Positions 14,401-26,438 of a stretch of DNA of 64,000 bases are shown here, one piece after another. How positions within the stretch are numbered: position 1 is the stretch's first letter; each line of letters opens with the position of its first letter. The stretch comes from Takakia lepidozioides (Eukaryota > Plantae > Bryophyta), in NCBI GenBank assembly GCA_030704615.1, contig CM060733.1:46686001-46750000 (forward strand), given 5' to 3'. The position numbers were made by a program, and so were the translations under genes. A model generated the notes under the pieces. It searched no databases, was not told where the DNA came from, and worked only from the letters and a program-made list of their open reading frames with translations.

Positions 14401-17400
14401 CCTCAGCCATGTCTGTTGCCATGAGATTGTCTGATGAAAATGAAGTTAGGCAGAAAACTTCCCTGAACTTGTTTCCAGTCAGTGACATGGGGGAGGACAT
14501 CTTGGATGACCTCAAGGGTCTACCCACTCTCGGCACTAGACTGAAATTTAAACTCAGGGTAGGAAGCCTACCTTTGAACAGCAAACAGAAGCAGAGAGGA
14601 AAGGGAGAGTGCAATTGCCCGCTGTGTGGGCAATCTGAAGACAGTATTCACTTTCTGATACACAGTCCGGGGTTCTCTCACCAAAGAGACGCTCTCTTCA
14701 ATTCTATCAAGGGAATTGTGCCTGTACCCCTGTTTAACAACTTTGAAAGTCTCGAGGCTGAGCCAAAAGCCCAGGCCCTCCTGAGGCCTAGTTTTTGGGC
14801 AAATCACACACAGCAGATTGATGCTTGTGTGAAGGGATTTCTAGAGGATATCTGGAAAACCCGGATTAATTCTATATATGATGGTAAGTCACGCTACCAA
14901 CGTCAGCCCCTGACAGAGGTAGGTTCTGTCCCTTTTGTTCCCGCTCAAACTGGGCGCGGGGTCAATGGCCACAAGGCTACGGCAAACAACGTCTTATGAG
15001 TACAATCTCTTGGTCCTATGGGCCTTCCTTTCTTCCTTCTCTCTGTTTGCTATGTCCCACTATTGGAGTGATCCCTCACAAAGGTAGTGTCTGTTTCCTT
15101 TAGCTCTGCCCAACCTGGGCATGGGATCTATGGCCACAAGGCTACAGCAAAAAAATGTCTTATGAGTACGTTCTCTGTTTGCTTTCTTTTATGGTTCTAC
15201 GGTCAGTGCTTTGCTCATTTGTTATGGCCTCTTGACCTATATGCTTTGTTGGGCTTGCAGTCAGCGTAGCAATTTCTATTTCTCTTTCTAAATTAGGATT
15301 GGATTGTAGTAATACAGACTGAAAGCACTTGCACCACGATGGGAGAATATAGAAATGTGGTGAATGGAACGGATGTATTATCAAATAGTGTTGTAGGAAC
15401 CTATCTAGAGCAGTTAACCAAAACGTCTCGGCCACTGATCAAATGTGTGCTAAAACAATTGGAAGTGTTCATAAACACAAGGTATGACTGATTGAAGTAA
15501 TTTAATTGTTGCACTAATCAGAGAAAGTGCTGTTTAAGTTTGCAAAATGTTTGAAGGAAATAGTACGAGGTTAGCAGGAATCAACCTTGCCATTGTCCTG
15601 ATTGCTTAGACAATCTATGGAGACTAGTGAATTTCTTAGTTTTGGAGAGTTTTGGGAGAGCGCTCGCTCTCTATGCTATGGCCCACAACATCTCATGCGG
15701 ACATTCTCTATGCTGTATGGCTTCACTATTTTTTCAAAAGGAATGTGGAAGAGCTTAAGCATGCATCAGCCATGTCATTGCTCTCATTTGGTTAGAGTCT
15801 TTGGTGACCATAGTGGATTTCCTTTTCCTTAAGAGTTTCCATAGCGGATTTCCTTTCCTGTGTTCAGTGATAGCTAAGGTAACAGGCAGCAAATCGGAAC
15901 TACAAAGAAGTGTCACTTAAGGGAGAGTAAAGAAAAGAGTGAGAAAATAAATTCGTGGGAGGCCCAACCGGCTTGCAAGACTTAGAAGAAGAACATACTT
16001 AGAATGACTTCAACATGTCAAAAAAATCCAAACGTCACACCCATTGGCGAAGAGGAGCGATGAATTAAGTAGTCTGCTTCGGATCTTGTACTATCTAGGG
16101 CACAGCCAAGGACAAGCAATCCTTAAAGAGCCAGTAGCACGTCCCTGATCCATTATGCAATGCAGGACAATAATATGTGATACTCTTCTTTTCATATGAG
16201 GTGTGTGTAAGAATGTACTCATAAGACTTTGTTTGCCGTAGCCTTGTGGCCATAGACCCCGCGCCCAGTTTGGACGGAAACATAGGGCATCGAAACTATC
16301 TTTGTGAAGGACTCACTCTGGCAGTGTGACTCACCTTGTTAGTTTAGACCAAAAGCTAGAGCCCAATGGGGCCAGTCCTCTCTTTCGACTTCATTTCTTG
16401 CATTGCCAGAGCAAGACTGAAGATCTTGGAGTGAATGGACAAAGTGAAGGAGAGCCTCTTGCAAGGCCTTCTCATGCCAGAGAGAAAGAACTGAACTTTA
16501 TGATCTTGCAAGTAGACCATGATGTGGAGCTGTGGCAATCATCACAGATGTGAGGTTCAATTGTTTCAATGTACACTCATTGGAGATACTGAGGCGGGTG
16601 AGGGAATGTCTTCAATGTTGTGCACAGGCTGAATGATTGGGAGACAGCATTAACGCTGTATGATGAACTCCAGAAGGCAGGCTTGAAACCATCAGATGTT
16701 ATGGCAGCACATCTGCTTAGAGTGGTTGGTAGAAGCGGAAAGCTGGACCGATTGCTTAAGGTGGGCACCTTGGAGTGGAAGGTTTAGGAGAAAAAGGATA
16801 GGACAAGCAGGGGTGGAAAAAGAGTTTTGAACTTCTACATCTGTGTTTATCATGTGTAGTCCTTTTCAATGACTTGAAGATGCCTGAATTTTGGAATGGG
16901 GATGACAGATTTTCTCCCAGCTACAGGAGTGGGGATTGGAACCGACCTTGCAAATGTATAATATCCTTATTGACAGCTTTGCACAGGCACTGAATTGGAG
17001 AAAGTGTTTTGAGGTGAGAGGGTGTTCCATCCTTCTGTTGAGGAGAGTAAGCCTGCTAGGATATCCTCGGATTCACTTTACTTGATGCATCTTTCTGTAC
17101 TGGGTGCCTTTTCACAGTAGACTACAATTATTCAATCAAATTTAAAATCAAAAGCAAAAGGGTGAGTGTCAGCATTTGACGCAGTTGGGTTCCAGTCACC
17201 ACCCTGCTCCTGAACAATGCACCCTTTCAAGACCAAACAGCTGCACCATGTTAGGATCTTTGTGTACCATGGGAGGTGTTGTGTGCCACGTTGGGTGCTT
17301 CTACCCTAAACTGTTTATGGAAGATGCTAACTTCCTACTTGTCTCATCCATGATCCCTTTGCAGTTCATCCAAGTCAGATTGGGTCCTTCTTCCCATATT

Positions 17401-18481
17401 TTGACATGCTGGCCATTCTATCTTTGTGGTCCACAGTTGCAAGGCCTTTCCTAACTGAGGGAAGATTTTGTGTGCATTTGCCGGGTTGAACTATGAATCT
17501 GGGACAGATCTTAGGGTGGTTGGAGACATCAAGGATTAAGCCGTCTTTACAAACCTACAAGCCCTTGCTTTTATGCTTGGCACAACTGCTGCTGTGGGAG
17601 CCATATCTCGAAGTTCACTCTCAAATGCTCTCCAAGGGGTAATGTGTTGCTCCCCATCACTTCTCAATTAGAGGAGCCATATATTGACAAGTTGGTTTGA
17701 TTTCTTGGATTTGAGTTTGAGAGGGGTGTGGTCTTCACCAGTCAACATCTCTAGGACACAATCTGGTACATGTAGTAATGACAACTTTAGCTGGGCTTAT
17801 CGTGCATAATGAATGCTTTAGTTGTCAGTGGCACTTCCAGCAGATAGCCCACTGATCACAGAGCTGTGGCCACACCTAGGTGGTCCTGGGTTCGAGTCCA
17901 CATGCCTATTTTAAGGGTACCTTACTCAGTCAACCAGCTGCAAGGGGAGGCACCATCTGTAACTATCAATTAGGTGGGTGTACTGGCCTTAAGGAGGGCA
18001 AAATCTACAACAACACCAGTTGTGTGAAAACCAGGATACATGAGCAGCCAGAATCAGGACTACCCCCATAAAAAAACAATTGTGGGAAGGTGGTGGAAAT
18101 TCACTATAATGAATTGTTTTTGGATCACTATGAATAAAGTGGCTCCATAGTAAGGGTCGTTTGGTCTTCCAAAATGGCCACCCTTAGCCGTTGTCCTCCT
18201 TGCATGCGGCAACACCTTTTGCAGTTGGCACCGATGCTATCTTGGAGAGGGCAGGCTAGATATGTGGTGCAGAAGGTCAAAGGTTGCACCTCCTACCTGA
18301 TTGTTCAACATGTGTGGTTCGTGTCTGCAGACTTGAACCAGATTGGAACATTCTGAATACAACAGTGGTGGTTCTCCGGAATTTAGGCCGGGATGATGAG
18401 GTGAAAGCAGCACATGCTCGATTATCGGCACTGAGGTCGGAATACAAGGCACAATTGAAGGGGGCAATTGATCTGGTGTGA
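8402..18481 (+). CDS. EMB2654: P-class pentatricopeptide repeat protein, EMB2654 (At2g41720)-like, probably plastid-targeted
   Basis: Exons include LNHWEDVDGILNHWMGRFNRKNFP (~9040-9124), 9367-9538 (ARNDIYNRMI..QARGLFFEMQEW), 10742-10848 (CKPDVETYNALINVHGRMGQWRWAL), 12302-12716 (PSRGSYNNLINACGNSGQW..MTDNGVGPDLVTHNIILSA), 12972-13663, 13773-13878, ~14136-14339, ~16600-16760, 16909-17013, 17508-17638 and a last exon ending at 18481. Tandem 35-aa PPR motifs are colinear with recalled EMB2654. Start codon uncertain. Confidence 0.85.
14374..15004 (+). mobile_element. 5'-truncated non-LTR retrotransposon (C-terminal Zn-finger region plus 3' tail) in PPR intron
   Basis: Open frame with LKFKLRVGSLPLNS..CPLCGQSEDSIHFLIHSP, typical of the post-RT C-terminal cysteine motif of LINE ORF2; ends in the shared tail. 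Confidence 0.75.
15105..15168 (+). mobile_element. Degenerate 3' tail copy of the same non-LTR family
   Basis: GGGATCTATGGCCACAAGGCTACAGCAAAAAAATGTCTTATGAGTAC. Confidence 0.6.
16211..16283 (-). mobile_element. 3' tail copy of the same non-LTR family
   Basis: Reverse complement GGGCGCGGGGTCTATGGCCACAAGGCTACGGCAAACAAAGTCTTATGAGTACATTC. Confidence 0.7.
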
Positions 18482-21109
18482 TGATTGAACAGCAGCAAAA
18501 CCAAATGGGAAAGCTCCTTCTCCAACCAGATAATAGATGGCGACCTGATGTTTCCACACAATTCATAACTCACGGGCAGAGGGGCTACAAGCCCCGTTGG
18601 TATAAAGGGAGCTAGTGATCTGCTGCAGCGTCGCAGGAACACCAAATGGAAAAGCTCGCTTTATGACCATTCTGCCTGTTGGCCTGGGATATCTTTTGGG
18701 CAGAGATTCTGATCAGGCGTTCTGCTGTCTTCATGTATGGACTCCTCAACGAGTCAAACAGAACCATTTCTGCTTGTTGGAACAAAGCAAGGTCGTTGTA
18801 TGAGGTACCATGTTTATCTCCATACAAAGAGGAACTCGACCTTTTTGGGGTGGAGAATGAGGAAAAGCTTGTCAGTCTGAGACAAATAAGACGGTGAGTA
18901 CAGAGGGGTCTCTCAAAGTGACAAATGCAGCTGGATGGCCAAAAAAGTTCTTGTTAGCAGCCTTGCGGACATAATCATTGCTCAGTTCACCTGGCAAGGA
19001 TGCAAGTATTTGTGCAATATGGACCACTGGTGTCTACAGAAAGTCCAACTCCCATAGAAGCGAGTGACAGCCTATAAAGTGGACCGTTTTCACTTGATGG
19101 CAAGCTTTTTCAGGCAGTGAAGAGCTGTTCGCGGTCCGCATCGTGTAAGGCTCAGTATCAGATGCTGCGAAAAGAAGATGGTTGTTGAAGCCTGAAGTTG
19201 GAGCTTCTTTGGTCCTGGAAGTTGTGTTTCGTTTTCTGCAAAAACGCACTTGCCATTGGTTTCCATGCAGTTCGTTGGAGTTCACGGCATACTGACTGGG
19301 CATCCACATCTGTGATGCGTAAGGCACAACTCTGCCAGGGAATTAAGGAGCACACATGCAAGTACACTGCAGCTTTCAAAGGTTGAGAAACATGTGCAGT
19401 TCACATTTCCCGCCTGGGTTGCGATTCTCTCCGCACATGACTAATGTTATGTGGAAGAATCACAGTCCTTCCACAAGGATTACTGTAGTCGGTTGTATTA
19501 CACTTCAAAGGATTGTGAGCCTTGTGGGTAGGTGGATTCTGGAATAACACCATCTGGAGATGGGTAAGTTTTGCTTATTAGTTAATTGGCTTGCTCCCCA
19601 AGTATGCAAGATATCAGATAGACTACAGTCAACATGCACAGCAGCCCAGTCTCAGTCCTACCCCACCAGAAGGAATTGAGTGGATCAAGCTCAAAACAAC
19701 GGCTACATTTGAAATGGAGAAAATGGAGCAATGTACCCCCATCAATCAAATGCTGTCGCCACTGTGAGCAATCAATGGAGCCTTTGCTTTTATTTGCACG
19801 ACAATCTCTTCCAATTCCACGTTTCTCAAAGACACATGCAGATCATCTATGTCGGCAAGTTAGGGCACAAGTCATCAGATAGGTCCGGTATGAACGTCAG
19901 AGGCCCAATCGCCAACCATCACTGGGCAGGTAGGCAGAAGGTGGTAGGGCGCCGTCGCCCCCCAATGTGCACTACATGTTTCATGACAAAGCTAGCAGCA
20001 GCTCAGGGACGCCCTAGACGTACATAAGGCTCAACCTCGGGCGTCAAACTTTGTGCAAGAAAGAAGCGGACTGTTTCCATCGAAGCAACTTTGCCAACAA
20101 AAGTCCGTAATGGTTTGCGTGACCGTCTACCACCATGCGCACCGTCTGCATTGGGCATGCGGGCCAAAAGCTCCCGCCTTGCCTTTTGAAAGGACCACCC
20201 AGCACGACTCATCTGCCTTACACCTACTACTCTCTCTCTCTCTCTCTCTCCCATATCTCGTGATCGAAGCTCTACAGATCCACACCATACCATCAAAATC
20301 TCCCGGCATGCAAGCTGCGTGATGTGAGAATGTGAGAGAGAGAGATCCTTCAAGGATTGTGGGGGGGTCAGACACGGGGGATGCCCTGCTTAACAAGGTA
20401 GGGGGGGTGGACATCTGTCACGCAGCCGCGTGACATCTCCGTTCATCATGTTGTAAAACCAAGAAGGATCTGCTATGCCCAGCGAGCGAGGGGCTATTAA
20501 AGGAGGCCAGGAAGCCGCATGGCGGCATTCGATATGGGATAATTCGCTTACTGGCATTTTCGCGCAACCCTATGCTCCTGGTTGCATATCAGATACAATA
20601 GTTGAAGGTCCGTGCAGTTTGTTTGTGGTTATCACGTTATCAGTTATAACTCAGTCCGAAACTTCTTTTTTCCTTGCTTTTTCTTTTCGAAAAAGGGAAT
20701 GGAGCCCAGAAAATCACAAGTTTTTCTTTTTATTATAAAAGTCTGTTTTGCTTTTTGCCCTGCAAGGTACGTAGGTACAATGACTCTTGGAACTCTTTTT
20801 TGCTCCTATTTGATTCAAGGTGGGTAGCTAAGTTTGCAAGGTCGACATCTTCCCCTTTTATCGGCCTGCCTTTATGAAAAGGTAGGGACTACGCACTCAT
20901 GCCTTGAGTTGGAGAAAGGAGCATTGTTATTATTGTTTTGGTTTGTTTTTGTTTTTGTTTTTGTTCTATGGGGAAAACCAAGTTTTTTACTGACAGCCTA
21001 CAGTCTGCCCTGGATAGATGTTAACGGTCAGGAATAGAAAAAAAAAAACATTTAGGCAAGGTTAACAAATACAGTTAGGGAGAAGCACATTAACATTTAC
21101 AAAATGACA

Positions 21110-23390
21110 CTTAACACGACATCCACTTTTCTAGGCAAGAAGTTAGAGGCACAATCTCAATACCATATACTCGCAAAACATATGATGCAGGTACAACTAG
21201 CTTATAGGCGATTATGGTCAATTCATGGATAAAAGAGGGATAGGAGAGAAGAGCAGGGTTCAACTTGAAGAAGTTGCAACCTTTGGCGTGAATCCCAGGA
21301 GGTTTGAAAATGGTGGAAACCTGAGCATGATCGAAGTCCTGCAGAATCGGGGGCTGAGGAGAAGATCTCACCCATGTTTTGCCAAAGCAGTGCAATAACT
21401 AGTCACTTTAGGGTGACCCTACAGACAAGGGACTCTGTCCGCATTGGCAGGTTTAGGGTACTCACGTCTAGTCTAGCCATGCAAAGATCCGAAGGGGCTC
21501 TATTATTGGACCAGGTGAATCTAAGAGAGTTCCAATCATGCTCACGGATATCAAAGAGGCCTACAACAAAGCAAAGGGAATCCCAAGCCGATTGTTCCTC
21601 AGCAGACAAGGCTTGATTCGTCATCCCTAGACGATCACCAGAATTATCAACCATATTAAAATCACCAGCTGAGATCCCTGAGTGTGTCACATTAGGGAAG
21701 GTGAGAATTTAAGAACCTAGCAGACACCAAAGGTCTATACGTTCGGATAATATGACATTGGGAGCGTAAACATTTAAGAAAGCACAAGCACCAAAAGTAG
21801 CCATGGCAATAGTGAAGGCGCATTGGACTTTGCCAAGTAGGCACGTTTCAACACAATGAAAGGAGTTTGCTAAAGATGGTGAGACAGGGATGGCCAATTC
21901 CTCCACGGGAGTCAACATCAACGGTCAGGTTCCACCACGAGGAAGAAGAGGACCACGTCGAACAGCTCAATGTTGCAATTTCCTTAGCATCAAGTTTATG
22001 TTCTTGCAGGAAAATGATAGAGTTGGAAGAGATCAGAGAAGATGCCCAGCGCCGTATACATCTTCGTTCATGCATGGAGGCCGTTTAGGCATATTGGAGG
22101 CGTCCAACCGGATACCCTTGATATTCCATGAAGTGTGGGACCAGGTCAATGAGGGCATGATGTAGCAGCCCATGACAGGCCGGTGATGATTTGATATTTG
22201 AGAAAATGAAACAAAGATTCTCACACCAACATCAGCAGGGGTCAACATAAAAGCCCTGGACAAATGAAAATGAGGAATAAAGAGCAAGAACTTGCATAAT
22301 CCAGGTAATAAGGGGATCCACACTCGATCCAATGTGCACCACTTTATGTGGGTGGCCAGCACATATTTGAGAGAAGAAGCGAAGCTAGAGTTTGAAAGGA
22401 TGAGACAGAAAAAAAAAAAAAAAAAAAAAAAAAAGCAGAATTCAGAGGTGTAAGTAGAAGGAGTGATGCCAGATTCCGACATGCAGACGAAGTTGAAAAA
22501 GAAAACCTACACTTATTAAGGAAAAAACAGGTGGCATAGATGACACTTGGAAGAGTAAGGTGAATAGAGCTCATCGCATGAGAGAGGGGATGGATAGGTC
22601 GATGGGAGCCAGAGGCAATGTTGGAGTACTGCCCAAGTTTGGTATTGGGACGATGGCCAAGTTGGAACTAGAATGAGTCCTTTCCAAAGATCTGGAGTAC
22701 TTCTGCAAGAGTAGCATAGCCTTCATCAATTTAACCCCAGCTTTGTTAGTAGCCAGTAGATAAGAGCGACCCGCCGGGCTCCCGATGCTCTGTGGAATAC
22801 TGTCACCAAATAACCAGTTAGCAAAGGAACCGTACGAGTCCTGTGAATATTGCACATACATCAGAAAGCATCATTATAATTCGCAAGACTTGAACAAAAA
22901 AAACACTGTCTTTGTTGGAGGTAGACTGATAAAGATGAGATCCAAAGAAAACAGAAGTATCAGATGACCTACTGAGTAGCAAATTAGGAAGGAAGGAGGC
23001 GAAAATATCCCTGATCTTCAGCAAAATAAGATTCAGTTCTTTGTCGGGGCACAATGAGCTGAGGACATCCTTCTTGGTGATCCAAGCTGTAGAGAACTTG
23101 TTAACCCATGTCAAGAGAATAGATGGGATCCCATCAAGGAAGCCGAAAAGAATGGGAGATACTTCCTAAGTCCCACATAGAGGAGAAGTATCATCAAGGG
23201 AGACATCAACAAATGATTTAAGCAGATGTAGATAGAATCTGGCCAGACTATGATGCCCTTTCGGCATGGAGAGAGGGACAATGGCGGGGATGTCCTCCGC
23301 TTTAGTCGTGGAGATAGGTGTCCTAGATTAAGGTAGCAAAAAAATCCGAGGGCTGATAGGAGAGGGGGATTTGAGGCGAGTGCCCCTACG
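21110..23390 (-). mobile_element. Degenerate L1-like LINE remnant (APE endonuclease region and probable ORF1 remnant)
   Basis: Minus-strand motifs SWNIKG, IIFLQEHKL, NVYAPN, AGDFNMV, FTWSN and ARLD at ~22140-21440, broken by frameshifts; outer limits approximate. Confidence 0.7.
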
Positions 23391-23699
23391 TCCTCCCTAG
23401 GTCGCTAGAGCATGCCTAGCAGTGCCAAAAACAAGCGCGCCAACTTCAAAATGACGCGTGTTGTTTCTTCTGCTGCCTTCCGCGTCCCCAGCAACACCAC
23501 CAGGCTCGTTAAGCCCTTGTCCCCTTGCTTGCCGAAGAACAGGCTCAGAGTTCCAAATTTGAAGCCACCGTATTTTCACTGCTGGCTCCACCATGTTTAA
23601 ACTATGGCTCTCTCCCATGACATCTACTGCCAATTTGCTGAACCAGAAGGTCGCACACTATCTGTCAGATTTGGTAGGGCCAATGGTGAGGTTGTCTGA

Positions 23700-24272
23700 T
23701 GTCACGGACATAGCCCAGAGGAACTTACCAGGAGTAAATATCAAAAGTTATCAAGTTACCAAGTTACCGGAAGTTACCATGACTTATCGTGATTTAGCAT
23801 GATCTACCATGATTTACCATTACTTATCAAGTTACCAAATTATCAAGAGTAACTTGGGAAACTGCTCAGGAAGCTTCCTTTGGAGGAAATTTCTCCATCA
23901 AGAAACCTTTGTTTAATCTTGGAAACTTCTCTAGCAAGAAACCTCCATAGGGGAAGCTTCTTAGTAGCCAGTATATATAGGCGGCGAGACTGGACACTCT
24001 TCAGTCTTGCCAACACCAGTTCAAGTTACTCTTGTTTCCAATTCCCAGTACCCTAGCCCAGTTTCCAGTATCTGGTACTCCAGTCCAGTTTCCAGCATTC
24101 CAGTATTCAAGTCGTGTTTCAATATCTTGTACCTTTGTTCATTATTATAAAGATCGTCTTGATTCATATTTACTCATCGTGCATACGGCCACGCTGACCT
24201 TGACTTCTTGCCTAGTCTTGTACCTCTAGTCTGATCTCTTGTTTGTGTTCAGTCATGTTCTCGTCCTTGACA
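23700..24272 (+). repeat. 5' LTR of Ty3/gypsy element 1
   Basis: Bounded by TGTCACGGAC...GTCCTTGACA (9/10 inverted match, TG..CA), internal TATATATAGG at ~23973, immediately followed by gag; no 3' LTR found in the window. Confidence 0.7.
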
Positions 24273-26438
24273 GTTTATCGAGATTAAAGTTTGTTCCTTA
24301 GCTAGTTAAGATGGACGTCACATTTGCTGAAATGGTCGTCACATTACAGAGTCTTCAGCTCCAGATGCAAGAACTTCGTGCCTCTACTGCCAACTACAAG
24401 CTGATCAGTCTCAAGATCTTGGCAACGCTCTCAACAATTTGCAACAATAAATTTCAGAGTTGAAGGAGTCGAACAATGGATCTTCAACCTTACGAGTCTC
24501 TACTACAACAAATCCTACTGCAACGGTTCCTCCAAATCTTCAACAGATTACAAGGGAACCAAAGGTCAGCGTGCCCGAAAAATTTGATGGGACAAGATCA
24601 AGATTTCGCGGTTTTGTTCAACAAGTACGATTGTTCCTACGACTACATCCACAACGTTACCATGATGAAGGTATTCAAGTGGGATTTGTGGGCACCCTTC
24701 TATCCGGCACTGCCCTATCTTGGTTTGCACTGCTATTAGAGAAAAATTCGTATTTATTTTACAATTTTGAAGTGTTCATGTCCGAGTTCATTGCAACGTT
24801 TGGAGAGAATGATAGAGAGAGAGTGCAGAGACAAAGATGCGAAATCTTCGACAAGAAGCACGTCCAACTTCCGTTTATGCTGTCGAATTTCGATAACTTG
24901 CGTGCGACCTCGACTGGAATGAGAAGAGTCTCATTAGTCAGTTTCGATGTGGCCTAAAAGATGATGTTGAAGATTTGTTGCTGACAATGCCAAACGTGAG
25001 TACACTGAGCGAATTCACCACCCAAGTCATTGCATGCGATAATCGTTTGTTCGAAAGACGTCAAGAGAAGCGATCTGGATGGTCGACAATGCACCATGCC
25101 GCTGCTACTACGGCACCAAACACAATGATTCATCAGACATCCGGTAATGATCCTATGCAGATTGATGTTGTCCGATTCAAGCCATTGACTCCACGAGAAA
25201 AACAAAGACGGCGCTCGAATGGATTATGTCTTTATTGCGGAGAAGATGATCACTTAGCATTAAATTGCCCCAACAAGAGAAGATTCAAAGCTCGAGGCAC
25301 AACTCAAGTGTTCAATACGAGGAGGTCGGAAAACGAAGATGTCTAATCACAGTAGGGACCATGCGGCTGGACACCCCAAATTCCTCACCAAAAAAATGTC
25401 TATTTCCATCTCCAGACCATGTACTTTGTTTCACAGTTCCAGTAAAGATCAGGATGCAAAATTGAGATATCTCCGTAGAAGCATTTTTGGACTCGGGCGC
25501 TTCAGCATGTTTTATTGACAAAGACTTTGCGAAGCAACACAATTTAACGCTCGTAAGAAAGAAATTATCGGCCCCCGTTGAAGTCATCGATGGACGACCA
25601 TTAACGTCCGGAAATATTAACCATGAAACTCGACCCCTTGAAGTGAAGCTTAAAAATCAAGCATCACAAATTGTTTTCAATGTCATCCAGTCTCCAACAA
25701 ATCCTGTGATCCTTGGACTTCCCTGGTTTGTACTTCATAATCCTGACATCGACTGGCGATCACGAAAAATTTCGACAAGACAAAAATGCAAAAGTACCAA
25801 AGGTATTCAACCCCCGTTTCTTGGAGCTAAAGCCTTCATGAGAGCTACGAAGAAAGACGCGATATTTGCACTTTATGCGACTCCGATCAAAACCAGAACA
25901 GACCAAGGTATTTCGACATTACCTACTCAATATCAAGATTTTGGGGGATGCTATTGTGTGAGCAGATCCCGCGAGCAGAAAATTACGTGAGCAGAAATCT
26001 GTTCACGCTTGAGGACCTGCCTGCCTATAACCGCAGACGTCCAGTCGACTTAGAAGACCTATTACTGCGCAGAGTGGTCAGTATTAGAAGGTCGGATATG
26101 GATGTTACTTGGATGAATGAGGGATGAATGTCAGATGAATGTCTATGTAACGAATGAGAGGTGGATGAATTACATAAATGAAAGATTAGATAATTGTTTG
26201 TAGTGGTAGCTCCCAAAAGCTCGGAGATGCATGAAACCATACTTGTCTTGCTTGAAAATCAATTTTGCCGGGTGCAGTGTATATTGCAAACTTTTAGTCT
26301 ACATTGCTTTGTTGATTGAGAAGGACCACATGTCATTTTCCTAGTTATACAAGGTTGATAGAGAGGATCACATCCAATCATAAAGAAGGCAAACAGGTGA
26401 ACTCTTGGTTTTTAAACAAACCCTTCACAAGAATCGAT

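Noticed and set aside
18600-19550. Additional gene downstream of the PPR gene
   Set aside because: Only short interrupted ORFs with no recognisable domain
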